64,000 nucleotides of DNA from an uncultured delta proteobacterium. Lineage in GTDB: Bacteria > Desulfobacterota > Syntrophia > Syntrophales > UBA2185. This document shows, one piece after another, positions 50,583 through 61,650 of this stretch. How positions within the stretch are numbered: the stretch's first letter is position 1; each line of letters begins with the position of its first letter. A model generated the notes under the pieces. It saw nothing but the letters and a program-made list of their open reading frames with translations, did not search any database and had not been told where the DNA came from. The stretch is taken from assembly GCA_963729715.1 (NCBI GenBank), contig CAVSPA010000006.1:320001-384000 (forward strand). Reading direction: 5' to 3'. Both the position numbers and the translations under genes were made by a program.

Positions 50583-51335
50583 TTGCTTAAGATAGAAGGC
50601 ATGACAAAAATATTCGGCGGCCTCACGGCCCTGCAGGGTGTTTCTTTCTCAATTTCAGCAGGCGAGATTACCGGCATTATCGGCCCGAATGGAGCGGGCA
50701 AGACGACACTGTTTAACATTGTAACGGGTATATATTATCCGACATCCGGAAAAGTCTTCTATGACGGTAAAGATATAACCGGATTTTCCCCGGAGAAGCT
50801 TGCGAGACTCGGCTTGGTGCGCACATTTCAAGGTATTGAATTGTTCGGTCAAATGACGGTTGTGGAAAACGTCATGGTTGGTCTTCATACAAGGTCACGA
50901 AGCGGCATCATTGCTTCGGCTTTAAAATTGCCGGCCCATTTACGGGAGGAACGCCATATCAGAGAACGGGCAATGTCCTGGCTCGAATTCGCAGGCATCG
51001 CGGACATGGCTGATATGAAAGCAGCCAATTTACCGTTTGGCAAGGGGAGGCTCCTCGAGATTGCCCGCGCCATGGCCGTTGAACCTAAAATCATCCTCCT
51101 CGATGAACCGGCAGCGGGGCTCAATAGTAGGGAGACTTCCGATCTCGCCGCGCTGATTAAGAGAATAAAAGAGTCAGGAATCACAGTAGCTCTTGTGGAA
51201 CATGATATGGAACTGGTCATGGGAATCTGTAGCCGCATCGTTGTTCTCAATCTCGGGCATAAACTTGCGGAAGGGACGCCGCGACAGATTCAGGAAGATG
51301 AAAATGTAATAACGGCTTACCTCGGCGTGGGTTGA
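50583..51335 (+). CDS. livG: ABC ATPase, LivG-like
   Basis: [30 protein letters not shown]. Confidence 0.92.
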   Translation: MLKIEGMTKIFGGLTALQGVSFSISAGEITGIIGPNGAGKTTLFNIVTGIYYPTSGKVFYDGKDITGFSPEKLARLGLVRTFQGIELFGQMTVVENVMVGLHTRSRSGIIASALKLPAHLREERHIRERAMSWLEFAGIADMADMKAANLPFGKGRLLEIARAMAVEPKIILLDEPAAGLNSRETSDLAALIKRIKESGITVALVEHDMELVMGICSRIVVLNLGHKLAEGTPRQIQEDENVITAYLGVG

Positions 51336-51351
51336 TGGTGGTTTGTTAATA

Positions 51352-52095
51352 ATGTTGAAAATTAAAAACGTCAATACATATTACGGTAAACTGTATGCCC
51401 TGAGAAACGTCTCCCTCCATGTCAATGCCGGAGAGATCGTCGCTCTCATCGGATCTAACGGCGCCGGGAAGACGACAATGTTAAATACAGTATCTGCTGT
51501 CACGCCTCCGGCGGACGGCGAAATATATTTTGACGGTGCGTTGATCAGTAGACTTTCTCCGGTGGCCATAGTGAAACTGGGCGTCTCCCACGTTCCCGAG
51601 GGAAGGCAGATCTTTAAGCCCCTTTCCGTTGAGGATAATCTTGAACTTGGCGCATATCTCCGCGCTGAGGCCGGAGAAAAGAAGAAAGACATAATGAAAG
51701 ATAAGGATGCGGTCTACGCGTTATTTCCGCGTCTGGGGGAGAGACGTAAACAAATTTCAGGAACCCTGTCGGGAGGGGAGCAGCAGATGTTGGCTATAGG
51801 CCGGGCGCTCATGGCGAAACCGCGGCTGCTCCTCCTTGACGAACCTGCCATGGGACTTGCTCCGCTCTTGGTGCATGAGATATTTCGGGTTATAGAGGAG
51901 CTCCGCAGGCGGCAGGGAACTTCCATACTTCTCGTGGAACAGAATGCACGGGTCGCGCTCAAGGTTGCCGATCGGGGTTATGTGCTTGAAACCGGAAAGG
52001 TGATTCTGGAAGAAACGGCTTCAGAGCTTCTGGCCAATAAGGATGTGCAGAGGGCATATCTCGGAAAAGACAGAAGGGAAATCTGGGAACGTTAG
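51352..52095 (+). CDS. livF: ABC ATPase, LivF-like
   Basis: GSNGAGKTT, VPEGR, LSGGEQQM, VEQN, AYLG. Confidence 0.92.
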   Translation: MLKIKNVNTYYGKLYALRNVSLHVNAGEIVALIGSNGAGKTTMLNTVSAVTPPADGEIYFDGALISRLSPVAIVKLGVSHVPEGRQIFKPLSVEDNLELGAYLRAEAGEKKKDIMKDKDAVYALFPRLGERRKQISGTLSGGEQQMLAIGRALMAKPRLLLLDEPAMGLAPLLVHEIFRVIEELRRRQGTSILLVEQNARVALKVADRGYVLETGKVILEETASELLANKDVQRAYLGKDRREIWER

Positions 52096-52115
52096 CAATA
52101 AAACGTGAGGTGCTT

Positions 52116-53417
52116 ATGAAAATTTGGGACGCCAAATATGAATGTATGCCACGCGAAGAGCTGGAGGAGCTTCAGCTCGAAAGACTGCAGGCAACTCTAA
52201 ACAGGGTCTACAAAAATGTGACATTCTATCATAAAATGTTTGACGACTTGGGGATCATTCCTGAGAGTATGCAGTCACTCTCAGGGTTGGTGAATATTCC
52301 GTTTACCAGCAAGGATAACTTGAGGATGAATTATCCCTACGGCATGTTTGCGGTTCCTCTTCGTGAAGTGGTGCGGGTGCATTCATCATCGGGGACTACT
52401 GAAAAACCTGTCGTCGTCGGCTATACAAGAAATGACATCAAGGCGTGGACGAACCTTGTAGCCCGCGTCATGACTGCCGCCGGAGTTACCCGCGATGACA
52501 TGGTGCAAATTACCTTCAGTTACGGTCTATATACGGGCGCCTTTGGGTTTCATTACGGGGCGGAAGCCATCGGGGCAAGTGTAATTCCCACGGGCACCGG
52601 CAACACGGAAAAGCAAATAATGATCATGCAGGACTATAGAACATCAGCTCTTATTTCCACACCGACCTATGCGATGACGCTTGCAGAGAGGATGGATTGT
52701 ATCGGCGTTGACCCAAAGAAGCTGGCATTGAGGGTCGGCCTATTCGGCGGAGAGCCTTTATCGGAAGACATGCGCAAAGAGATTGAATCGATACTGGGCA
52801 TCACTGCCACGGACAATTACGGATTATCAGAGATTATCGGTCCGGGCGTGGCAGGAGAATGCGAATACAGATGCGGCATGCACATCTTTGAAGACGCCTT
52901 CATTCCGGAGATTATTGACCCTCTCACGGGCGAACAGCTGCCAGCTGGAAGCGTCGGTGAACTTGTTCTGACAACCCTCAAGAAAGAGGCCTTTCCCATG
53001 ATCCGTTATCGCACGGGGGACATGACATCTCTTGAATACGGGGACTGCAGATGCGGGAGAACAATGGTGCGGATGAATAAGACGGCGGGGCGATCAGACG
53101 ACATGCTGATCATCAGGGGGGTTAACGTATATCCTTCGCAGATAGAGTCCGTATTGGCCGCGATTGTGGGAAAGGCGCCGCACTATCAGATTGTAGCGGA
53201 TCGGAAAGGCGCCCATGATTTTTTAGAGATTCATTTTGAGGCTGCGGAAGGGACCTTCTTTGACGAAATGAAAAGGCAAAAGGCCTTCCTAGAGATGGTG
53301 GAAAAGAGGATAAGGTCCGTCATAGGAATAAGCGCCACAGTGAAACTGGTACCGCCCAACACGATTGCCAGGCATGAAGGCAAAGCCGGGATCGTGATAG
53401 ATAGACGCAATACTTAG
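52116..53417 (+). CDS. paaK: Phenylacetate--CoA ligase family protein
   Basis: YPYGMFA, HSSSGTT, YGLSE..GPGV, IRYRTGD, GRSDDMLIIRGVNV.P. Confidence 0.9.
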   Translation: MKIWDAKYECMPREELEELQLERLQATLNRVYKNVTFYHKMFDDLGIIPESMQSLSGLVNIPFTSKDNLRMNYPYGMFAVPLREVVRVHSSSGTTEKPVVVGYTRNDIKAWTNLVARVMTAAGVTRDDMVQITFSYGLYTGAFGFHYGAEAIGASVIPTGTGNTEKQIMIMQDYRTSALISTPTYAMTLAERMDCIGVDPKKLALRVGLFGGEPLSEDMRKEIESILGITATDNYGLSEIIGPGVAGECEYRCGMHIFEDAFIPEIIDPLTGEQLPAGSVGELVLTTLKKEAFPMIRYRTGDMTSLEYGDCRCGRTMVRMNKTAGRSDDMLIIRGVNVYPSQIESVLAAIVGKAPHYQIVADRKGAHDFLEIHFEAAEGTFFDEMKRQKAFLEMVEKRIRSVIGISATVKLVPPNTIARHEGKAGIVIDRRNT

Positions 53418-53539
53418 CGTCGAAGAGTTTGTTCCAAAGTGTTGGTACTCGGCGCCGCCCGCATGGGAAGGATAAGTCACTGACTGGCCATCGGCGTTTC
53501 AGATTGCGGCCCGTTGCTTTCTTATCCATCGCTGTTCTG

Positions 53540-54424
53540 TCAAATCTGGATGTAATCTTGGGTCCTGCCGGGCTTGAGCAGGCCGATCGTGAAGTGATAC
53601 AGGGCAAATAATTCCATAGAGAATGGCAGGTATCCGAGATAGCCGAGCACGGGCATTTCAAAAATCCGGGGGAAATCGAAGAAGGGGATATAATATATCC
53701 ACTTGGGATATGAGTAAAAATTCCACATCTCCCAGAAGAACCCGCAGATGATGCACCCGACCCACAAGGATAGAAGGGGTTGCCAGTTGCCCGCAGAAAT
53801 GTACTGGAGAAGTGTGCGGTTCGTGAGCCATGCATTCAGCGGTTCGAGCATTAAATAGACCGAAAGCCAGACAAAACAAAAAAAATAAACGGGCCAGATC
53901 AACATCAACAGCAGCATAAGAAGCCCTGCTGCAAAGAGGGCAATCAATCTCACTGGAGTTACTTCAAATCGGAGCCTTAATTTAAACCCGTTGATCCACG
54001 AGAATGTGCCGGCAAGCTCGGCCGTGCCTAATACTGCGGGCATGACCGTCGAGAAGCTCAGCGAAGAAAACATAAAGAACTCAGCATCGGTGAAGTATTG
54101 CTCGCCCAGATAGTACCAGTTCTGTGTCCGCAGATTGATAATCTCAAAAAGCCACCATGCAGGCACGGAAATAAGAAAGAGCGCTGCATAGGCACCGGGA
54201 CTGCGCGTCAAGAGCGAATGGCCTTTCCGGGTGAAAACCATGGCGTCGACGGTGAGGCAGTATCCCAGCCACATGGGGAAAAAGCCCCACTGAGTGCGCA
54301 ATCCGGAAAGGGACCAGTTCAGAATCCAGAATGTGACAGCGAGTCCGGAACCGAGCCACCCGTAAAGGGGCCAGTGCCAGACACGTGATGTCAATTTCAT
54401 ATCCATCGCAAGACCAGTTTGCAA
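53540..54424 (-). CDS. Hypothetical multi-TM membrane protein
   Basis: Trp-rich TM protein with WWLFE..N...NW.Y and FWEMWN......W.Y, FEMP..GY.GY.PF; start may be ATG 54406. Confidence 0.7.
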   Translation of the reverse strand: MQTGLAMDMKLTSRVWHWPLYGWLGSGLAVTFWILNWSLSGLRTQWGFFPMWLGYCLTVDAMVFTRKGHSLLTRSPGAYAALFLISVPAWWLFEIINLRTQNWYYLGEQYFTDAEFFMFSSLSFSTVMPAVLGTAELAGTFSWINGFKLRLRFEVTPVRLIALFAAGLLMLLLMLIWPVYFFCFVWLSVYLMLEPLNAWLTNRTLLQYISAGNWQPLLSLWVGCIICGFFWEMWNFYSYPKWIYYIPFFDFPRIFEMPVLGYLGYLPFSMELFALYHFTIGLLKPGRTQDYIQI

Positions 54425-54621
54425 CTTTAAATGAAAAAGGAGAACAAACGAAAGAGAAATTATGGTGAAAAGTTCACGCCACTATCAATCTTTAAGAATT
54501 TATCCAATTTGATTTTGACTGTCAAGATGTCGCTGTTCTTTTTTGTATTTGTTGAAAAAAAAGAAAAAGTGTAATAGATATTATTCAATATTTGTCAATG
54601 TCCGAGAAAAAGGAGGAAGTC

Positions 54622-54780
54622 ATGATGAAGGAAAGGCGGTCTGGTTGCGAAGGTGAGACTGATAAGAGAATTCTTGCGAGGATGTTGCTTGATGGGGAGA
54701 TTACGGAGAAGGATTTGCAAGCCTACCTCAAGGAACTTCCTGATGTGTCCTCCTGTGCCGATGAGATAGAGATAGAGTAA
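54622..54780 (+). CDS. Small hypothetical protein
   Basis: SD AGGAGG; 52 aa with DKR....G.I...D...YL..LPDVS pattern; heads the tatD operon. Confidence 0.65.
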   Translation: MMKERRSGCEGETDKRILARMLLDGEITEKDLQAYLKELPDVSSCADEIEIE

Positions 54781-54811
54781 TCCGGCTGGTGAACATTCTA
54801 CAGGAAGGCTT

Positions 54812-55576
54812 ATGATCGCTGATTCGCATGCACATCTGGAGATGAGGGACTTCGACCGCGACAGGGCTGAAGTTATAAAAAGAGCTGAAGACGCGGGAGT
54901 TGACCTGATTGTAACGGTCGGCACGACCTTGGATGACTGCAGAAAGGCGGTTTCGATTGCCGGGAAGTTTAAGAATGTGTATGCGGCGATTGGTATACAT
55001 CCGCACGATGTTAAGGAAATTGATGATGGGACCTACGATTCTCTCAGGACGCTGGCAAAAATGGATAAGGTTGTGGCCTTCGGGGAAATCGGTCTTGATT
55101 TTTTCCGCAATCTGTCTCCGAGAGAGGCGCAGATCAGGAGGTTTGGAGAACAGCTGGAGGTAGCCGGCGAGATTGGACTACCCGTAATCATACATGATCG
55201 TGACGCCCATAAGGAAACCATAGACATGCTCGAAAGGTGGAAGCGTGAGCAAAGAGGAATCATCCACTGCTTTTCCGGCGACCAAGGGATGGCGGCGAAA
55301 TTTCTCGACATGGGTTTTCTCATTTCTATACCGGGTGCGATTACGTTCGGGAAGTCAGAAAAGCTCCGGGAGGTGGTGAAATATATCCCGGTAGCGAGTC
55401 TTCTGTTAGAGACAGATGCACCCTACATCACCCCCCATCCCCATAGGGGGAAAAGGAACGAACCTGCCTATGTTGTCCATACGGCAAGAAAGGTGGCGGA
55501 GATAAAGGGCCTGTCCCTTGAAGAATTGGCCAAGGTGACATATCAAAATACAAAGGATGTCTTTGGCATTGCATAG
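54812..55576 (+). CDS. tatD: TatD family nuclease
   Basis: DSHAH, GIHPH, GEIGLD, IHDR, IHCF, ETDAP, NEP. Confidence 0.95.
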   Translation: MIADSHAHLEMRDFDRDRAEVIKRAEDAGVDLIVTVGTTLDDCRKAVSIAGKFKNVYAAIGIHPHDVKEIDDGTYDSLRTLAKMDKVVAFGEIGLDFFRNLSPREAQIRRFGEQLEVAGEIGLPVIIHDRDAHKETIDMLERWKREQRGIIHCFSGDQGMAAKFLDMGFLISIPGAITFGKSEKLREVVKYIPVASLLLETDAPYITPHPHRGKRNEPAYVVHTARKVAEIKGLSLEELAKVTYQNTKDVFGIA

Positions 55577-55639
55577 AGAGCACAAGAATTGGTGGCCAGA
55601 CATTAGATAATCCTTTTGACAAATTCTCATATTAATCCC

Positions 55640-56302
55640 ATGAATAAAGTCATATTAGTCGTTGCCGGCGGCGAGATCAGGGACCTGGCATTCTTACGGT
55701 CAAAGATCTCCGAGTTGAAGCCTTCCGAGATAATCTGTGCAGACAGGGGTGCCGCCTATCTGCGCGCAATCGGCATGGTCCCACATGTCATAATAGGCGA
55801 TATGGACTCTATTACGCCCGGCATACTGGAGTACTTCAAGGAGCGGGGGAGCCGAATTATCAGATATCCGGAGGGAAAGAACGAAACAGATACGCAATTG
55901 GCTTTGGAATATGCTTTTGGTATTGCGCCCGATGAAATCTATGTGTTCGGCGCCTTCGGAACCAGGATTGATCACACCCTTGCCAATGTATCACTCCTCG
56001 CTCTCGGCTTGAAAAAGGGCGTGCAAATTAAATTGATCGACGAATGGTGTGAGATTTTTATTGTGAGCCACGAGTATGCCGTTGAGGGTCAACCGGGGCA
56101 GACGGTATCCCTTCTCCCTCTTTCGGATATGGTCACAGGAATAACAATTGACGGATTTGATTATCCGCTTAAGGATGGAACAATGGAGATCGGGACACCT
56201 TACGGGGTCAGCAATCGCTTAGCTGCCGCCAGCGGTATCATTTCCGTTAAAACCGGTCATCTCCTTGTAATCAGATATTTCAAGGCGGGGGCTCTACCCT
56301 GA
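55640..56302 (+). CDS. thiN: Thiamine diphosphokinase
   Basis: CAD.GA, GDMDS, K.ETD, G.R.DH, YPL, GVSN. Confidence 0.92.
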   Translation: MNKVILVVAGGEIRDLAFLRSKISELKPSEIICADRGAAYLRAIGMVPHVIIGDMDSITPGILEYFKERGSRIIRYPEGKNETDTQLALEYAFGIAPDEIYVFGAFGTRIDHTLANVSLLALGLKKGVQIKLIDEWCEIFIVSHEYAVEGQPGQTVSLLPLSDMVTGITIDGFDYPLKDGTMEIGTPYGVSNRLAAASGIISVKTGHLLVIRYFKAGALP

Positions 56303-56310
56303 GGGGACAA

Positions 56311-57108
56311 ATGAAGTTAGTCCGGGTCTTAACAATCGCCGGTTCGGATTCCTGCGGCGGTGCAGGGATACAGGCGGATCTGAAGACAATCATGTCATTG
56401 GGCGGTTTGGGGATGAGCGTTATAACAGCCCTCACCGCGCAGAACACCTTTGGCATCCAGGATGTTTATGAGATCTCGCCTGAATTTGTGGAGAAGCAGT
56501 TTGCATCTGTCATGACCGATATGGGCGTTGACGCTGCCAAAACGGGGATGCTGACGAATACTGAACTATTAAAGACAGTGGCGAGTATGATCAGGAAATA
56601 CGACATTGAAAAGGTCGTCGTCGATCCGGTAATGGCGGCCAAGGGAGGGGAGACATTGATAAGAGGCGAGGCGAGGGATGCATTGATCAGGGAATTGATT
56701 CCACTGGCATTCGTCGTGACTCCGAATATACCTGAGGCAGAGGTCTTGGCTGAAATGCAAATAAACTCTGCGTCCGACATGAAAGAGGCGGCGAAGATTA
56801 TTTACGGCTTTGGTGCGAAGAATGTGGTCGTTAAAGGAGGACATCTGACAGGCGATGCTTTAGATATCCTCTATGACGGCAAGAAATTTCGCCGATATTC
56901 TTCCGAAAGAATCGATAAGATGGAAACGCACGGCACAGGGTGCACTTTTTCCGCTGCCATTGCTACCCTGTTGGCCAAGGGTGAGAGCGTATCTAAAGCA
57001 GTGGCAGGGGCAAAAACCTATATAACCCAGGCCATAAAGACTTCATACAGTACCGGCGCAGGATACAGATTGATAACGCATTTTTTTCCGGGTTCATCGG
57101 ATGAATAG
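56311..57108 (+). CDS. thiD: Hydroxymethylpyrimidine/phosphomethylpyrimidine kinase
   Basis: [37 protein letters not shown]. Confidence 0.95.
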   Translation: MKLVRVLTIAGSDSCGGAGIQADLKTIMSLGGLGMSVITALTAQNTFGIQDVYEISPEFVEKQFASVMTDMGVDAAKTGMLTNTELLKTVASMIRKYDIEKVVVDPVMAAKGGETLIRGEARDALIRELIPLAFVVTPNIPEAEVLAEMQINSASDMKEAAKIIYGFGAKNVVVKGGHLTGDALDILYDGKKFRRYSSERIDKMETHGTGCTFSAAIATLLAKGESVSKAVAGAKTYITQAIKTSYSTGAGYRLITHFFPGSSDE

Positions 57109-57160
57109 AAAGACTCTCCGTCTTCCGGCGTATCAAGACAATTAAAAGGGAAGATGATCT

Positions 57161-58519
57161 TTGTTAGCTGATAGTTCCGGAAAATTCAAAGCGTCCCGCG
57201 ATACGGCGGCAAGTATTGTTCGTCGCTTGCAAGATGCTGGCCATGAAGCCTACTTCGTGGGTGGAAGCGTGCGTGATCTCCTGCGCGGCGTGGAGCCAGG
57301 AGATTATGACATTGTTACCTCGGCGCGGCCCGAGGAGGTCTGTTCGCTTTTTCCTCATACGGTGCCGGTGGGTATAAGTTTTGGCGTCGTGGTTGTGGTT
57401 GAGGAAGGCCACGGTTATGAAGTTGCCACATTTCGAGCCGAGAGCGACTATGAAGATGGACGCAGGCCTTCTCATATCGAATTCACGAGCGCACATGGGG
57501 ATGTGTGCCGCCGCGACTTCACTATCAACGCCCTGCTCATGGATCCGATGACGGGCGACGTCATCGATTATGTAGGCGGAAAGAAGGATATCGAGGACCG
57601 TGTAATCCGGACAATCGGGAATCCCGACGAGCGCTTTGCCGAAGATCATTTAAGGATGCTTCGTGCTCTTCGCTTTTCCGCCAACCTCGGGTACGCAATT
57701 GATCCCGATACTTCCCGTGCCATAAAACGACATGCTTTCGAGATAAGACGCATCAGCGCCGAGCGCATCCGAGATGAATTGACGAAGCTCTTGACGCGCG
57801 GTGGTGCGCGCCGCGGAATGGAAATGATGGCGGAAACCGATCTTCTTGCCGAAATCTTGCCCGAGGTCGATTGCCTGCGCGGTATTGAACAGCCGTCGGC
57901 ATTCCACCCGGAAGGCGATGTATGGGAACACACGCTCCGCATGCTTGACCGGCTGCCTACGGGAGACATTTCGAACGACTTGCGCCTTGTCTGGGGCGCA
58001 CTATTACACGACGTTGGCAAGGCCTGCACGGGCTCCGTTGATGATTCAGGCATTCACTTCTACGGTCATGTGCGCGAAGGCGAGAGGATTGCGGAGGCAT
58101 TGATGCGGCGCCTCAGGATCTCCCGTGCAGACATGGAGACCATTCTTAGCCTCATTCACTATCATATGCTCTTCATGAATGTCACGGATATGCGACCGAA
58201 CAGGTTAAAACGCTTCCTCAGAATGCCGGACTTCCGAATGCACCTTGAGCTTCATCGTTTGGACTGCCTTGCGAGCCATGGGTTTCTCGATAGCTATGAG
58301 TTCTGCAGGAGCAAACTTGCGGAAATGGGGGAGGATGAGCTGCGTCCTTCGAGGTTACTAACCGGAGATGATCTTGTTGCCATGGGATTTCCTCCCAGCC
58401 CTCTTTTTGGCGAGATACTTGATGCTGTTGAGGACGCGCAACTCGACGGGACGATAGTGACGTCCGACGATGCTCGCAGGCTGGTCATGGATCGCTGGGC
58501 GGATAAGTTGCCTGCATAA
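57161..58519 (+). CDS. tRNA nucleotidyltransferase (CCA/poly(A) polymerase family) with HD domain
   Basis: VGG.VRD, DYD, RRDFTINA, EDHLR, ERI..E, LHDVGK. Confidence 0.92.
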   Translation: MLADSSGKFKASRDTAASIVRRLQDAGHEAYFVGGSVRDLLRGVEPGDYDIVTSARPEEVCSLFPHTVPVGISFGVVVVVEEGHGYEVATFRAESDYEDGRRPSHIEFTSAHGDVCRRDFTINALLMDPMTGDVIDYVGGKKDIEDRVIRTIGNPDERFAEDHLRMLRALRFSANLGYAIDPDTSRAIKRHAFEIRRISAERIRDELTKLLTRGGARRGMEMMAETDLLAEILPEVDCLRGIEQPSAFHPEGDVWEHTLRMLDRLPTGDISNDLRLVWGALLHDVGKACTGSVDDSGIHFYGHVREGERIAEALMRRLRISRADMETILSLIHYHMLFMNVTDMRPNRLKRFLRMPDFRMHLELHRLDCLASHGFLDSYEFCRSKLAEMGEDELRPSRLLTGDDLVAMGFPPSPLFGEILDAVEDAQLDGTIVTSDDARRLVMDRWADKLPA

Positions 58520-58556
58520 CTTAAGACGTTTGAAAGATCGACTGACAAGTATTCCT

Positions 58557-59348
58557 ATGCATGTGGAACAAACAGAATATGCTCTAAGACTGCGATGCCG
58601 CCTGAAAGTTACTGGCGCCATTTTTTTAATGATCATGCTTTTTGCAGGCTGTGTGGGACGGCACGCCTACAGTAGTCGTCCGAAGGCTATAGAAAAGCCT
58701 CTCGCCCGTCTCGGTTATACCATTCAGGTTGGGGCCTTTTCCGATGTCGAAAATGCCGCCCGGTTGACTGAGCAACTCCAGGCCAAGGGGTTGGATGCAA
58801 CATATTTCGTGGCACGCGCAGGACTGTATAAAGTGCGGTTTGGCAATTACCCATCAAAGGCAATCGCCCGCCAAAAAGCAGAGAGCCTTAAATCTTCGGG
58901 GGCGATTGATGAATTTTATATTGTCAGCCCGGATGAATATGCCGTTGCCAAACAACAGCAGTATGGCGACGTGTATATCAGAGAGGAACTGATAAAGACA
59001 GCCGAGAGCTTCGTAGGTGTTCCATATCTCTGGGGCGGCACCTCGCCAAACACCGGATTTGACTGCAGCGGATTGTCAATGACTGTCTATCAGCTAAACG
59101 GGCTCAATCTCCCCCGGTCATCCAAGGAGCAGTACGAAGCGGGTAGCCCTGTCGGGCGGAATGACCTTATGAAAGGAGACCTTGTCTTTTTTGCCACATC
59201 CGGCAAAAACAAGGTAGCGCACGTGGGCATATATGTAGGAGATGGTCGATTTATCCATGCAGCGGGCAGAGGCAAGAATATCCGTATGGACCACTTGTCG
59301 AGCAGCTATTACAAAAAAAGGTATGTCGGTGGCAGGACATATATATGA
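58557..59348 (+). CDS. SPOR + NlpC/P60 lipoprotein (cell-wall peptidase)
   Basis: Lipobox FAGC, QVGAF...NA, PYLWGG, DCSG, GDLVFF, HVGIY, FIHA; start uncertain. Confidence 0.88.
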   Translation: MHVEQTEYALRLRCRLKVTGAIFLMIMLFAGCVGRHAYSSRPKAIEKPLARLGYTIQVGAFSDVENAARLTEQLQAKGLDATYFVARAGLYKVRFGNYPSKAIARQKAESLKSSGAIDEFYIVSPDEYAVAKQQQYGDVYIREELIKTAESFVGVPYLWGGTSPNTGFDCSGLSMTVYQLNGLNLPRSSKEQYEAGSPVGRNDLMKGDLVFFATSGKNKVAHVGIYVGDGRFIHAAGRGKNIRMDHLSSSYYKKRYVGGRTYI

Positions 59349-59528
59349 GTCTGCTGGGGCACCGCGATGGGGATTTGCGTCATCTCAAAATCTCGTTCCG
59401 TACTTGCAATTTGGTAAGAAGCAGGGGAAGATATCATATAGAATGCCGCTGCCGCTGATCAGTCAAGGCAGGGGAAAAGTATCGCTTTAACGAAAAAGTG
59501 ATGTGAAAATAAAAGGGGAAGTAGTGAC

Positions 59529-60596
59529 GTGAATATCAATAATCTGATGGTCACAGGCGGCTGCGGGTTTATCGGCAGTAACTTCATCCATTATGTGCTG
59601 AAAGAAACAAAATTTACGGGCAGAATAATTAATGTCGACAAGCTGACCTACGCAGGTAATCCTGAGAACCTGAAAGGCATAGGGGAACGATTTGGCGACA
59701 GGTACGTCTTTCAGAAGATGGACATCTGTAATGCCGATGGGATAGAGAAAATCTTTGGTGATTATGATATTGATGCCGTCTGTCATTTCGCCGCGGAGTC
59801 TCATGTAGACCGGTCGATCAAGAGGCCGGAGAGCTTTATCTACACAAATATTGTCGGAACTTTCAACCTCCTTGAGCTTGCGAGGGCCATGGCGGATAAA
59901 TTTACGCTCTTTCATCATGTAAGTACCGACGAGGTCTTTGGCAGCCTCGGTCGGCAGGGATATTTTACGGAGGAGACTTCCTACCGGCCTAACAGCCCCT
60001 ACTCGGCATCCAAAGCGGCCTCGGACCATCTGGTCCGCGCCTATCATGAAACCTACGGCCTCCCCGTTCTCATTACCAATTGTTCCAACAATTATGGTCC
60101 TTACCAGTTTCCGGAAAAGTTGATCCCTCTCATGATTATCAATGCTGTTGAGGGCAAGCCTCTGCCGGTATACGGAGATGGGCGGAACGTCAGGGACTGG
60201 CTGTATGTCAAAGATCATTGTGAGGCCATCTGGACGATCATGCAATTCGGGGAAAGGGGAGGGACGTTTAATATAGGCGGCAATTCAGAGATGGAAAACA
60301 TCGTCATCGTGGAAATGATCTGTGATATCCTTGATGAGATGCTTCCTTCCCCCGATGGGATGTCGAGGAGAAGACTGATCACCTTTGTGAAAGACAGACC
60401 GGGACACGACCGCAGGTATGCCATTGACTTTAGCAAACTGCAAAAGGAACTTAGCTGGGCTCCGCGGGAATCTTTCGCCTCGGGCATCAGGAAGACGATA
60501 ACCTGGTACCTCGAGAAGAAAGCATGGATTGAGAATATCAGGAGCGGCGAATACCAGACGTGGATTGACGAGCATTACGGAGAAGATTCCAAATAA
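59529..60596 (+). CDS. rfbB: dTDP-glucose 4,6-dehydratase
   Basis: TGGCGFIG, DKLTYAGN, AAESHVDRSI, STDEV, YSASK, RPGHD.RY. Confidence 0.96.
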   Translation: MNINNLMVTGGCGFIGSNFIHYVLKETKFTGRIINVDKLTYAGNPENLKGIGERFGDRYVFQKMDICNADGIEKIFGDYDIDAVCHFAAESHVDRSIKRPESFIYTNIVGTFNLLELARAMADKFTLFHHVSTDEVFGSLGRQGYFTEETSYRPNSPYSASKAASDHLVRAYHETYGLPVLITNCSNNYGPYQFPEKLIPLMIINAVEGKPLPVYGDGRNVRDWLYVKDHCEAIWTIMQFGERGGTFNIGGNSEMENIVIVEMICDILDEMLPSPDGMSRRRLITFVKDRPGHDRRYAIDFSKLQKELSWAPRESFASGIRKTITWYLEKKAWIENIRSGEYQTWIDEHYGEDSK

Positions 60597-60609
60597 GAAG
60601 GGGACTTGT

Positions 60610-61605
60610 ATGGACACACAGGCATGGAGTCCGGATAAACTGCTGAAGGTATCAGGGTCCTACTGGCAGTCTTTCACCCTTCACGCTGCAGTTAAACTTG
60701 GGCTATTTACTGTGTTAGGCAGCGAAGAACTTACAGCTGGGGATATTGCTCAGAGGTTAAATGCGAGGGAAAGAGGCGTTGTGATGCTGCTCAACGCCCT
60801 CGCGGCAATGAATCTTCTTGTTAAGAGAGGCGACAGATACTCCAACACACCATCCAGTACATTTTTTCTCTCCAAGAATTCCCCGGAATATATGGGCCAT
60901 ATAATCATGCATCATCACCATCTTGCTCTGTCATGGTCGAAGCTGGATGAGGCGGTAAGGACGGGTGGCCCCATGAGGGCAAGATCATCCGGGAGTGATG
61001 AAGAAGCTCGGGAAAGTTTTCTCATGGGCATGTTCAACATCGCCATGAATCTCGCTCCGCGGCTGGTCAATACAGTAGATATCTCTGGACGGCGCCGCCT
61101 GCTTGATCTTGGCGGCGGGCCCGGCACGTATGCAATCCACTTTTGCCTCAACAATCCCGGGCTCAAGGCGACCGTCTATGACCTTCCGGGAACCGCACCA
61201 TATGCCGTAAAAACAATAGAGAGGTTCGGTCTTACAGACCGCATTGATTTCGTGTCGGGCGACTACTTGAAAGAAGATATTCCTGGAAGCTATGATGTCG
61301 TCTGGCTTTCCCAAATTCTCCATTCGGAAGGCCCCGATGAGTGTCAGAAGATAATCGAGAGGGCGGCCTCCGTTCTCGAGCCTGGAGGCCTGTTGTTGAT
61401 CCATGAATTTATCCTGGGAAACTCCAAGGACACCCCCCTCCAACCCGCACTTTTTTCCCTTAATATGCTTCTCGGAACGGCAAACGGCAGATCCTACTCT
61501 GAAGGGGAAATAATGGAGATGCTTGCCCGGGCCGGGGCGAGGGAGATTAAGCGCATTCCCGCCCAATTTCCAAGTGAATCGGGGGTTATAGGCGGCGTGG
61601 TTTAA
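60610..61605 (+). CDS. SAM-dependent O-methyltransferase with dimerisation domain
   Basis: L.AAV.LG.F, LLDLGGGPG, YDLP, GD, SQILH. Confidence 0.88.
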   Translation: MDTQAWSPDKLLKVSGSYWQSFTLHAAVKLGLFTVLGSEELTAGDIAQRLNARERGVVMLLNALAAMNLLVKRGDRYSNTPSSTFFLSKNSPEYMGHIIMHHHHLALSWSKLDEAVRTGGPMRARSSGSDEEARESFLMGMFNIAMNLAPRLVNTVDISGRRRLLDLGGGPGTYAIHFCLNNPGLKATVYDLPGTAPYAVKTIERFGLTDRIDFVSGDYLKEDIPGSYDVVWLSQILHSEGPDECQKIIERAASVLEPGGLLLIHEFILGNSKDTPLQPALFSLNMLLGTANGRSYSEGEIMEMLARAGAREIKRIPAQFPSESGVIGGVV

Positions 61606-61650
61606 CTGAGATAATTGCGAATGTTTGATCAACTCCTCGTGTCCGAAGGA

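Noticed and set aside
54425..56310. TPP riboswitch for thiN/thiD
   Set aside because: No TPP aptamer consensus visible in the intergenic gaps.
59487..60245. 252-aa minus-strand ORF
   Set aside because: Antisense shadow of rfbB.
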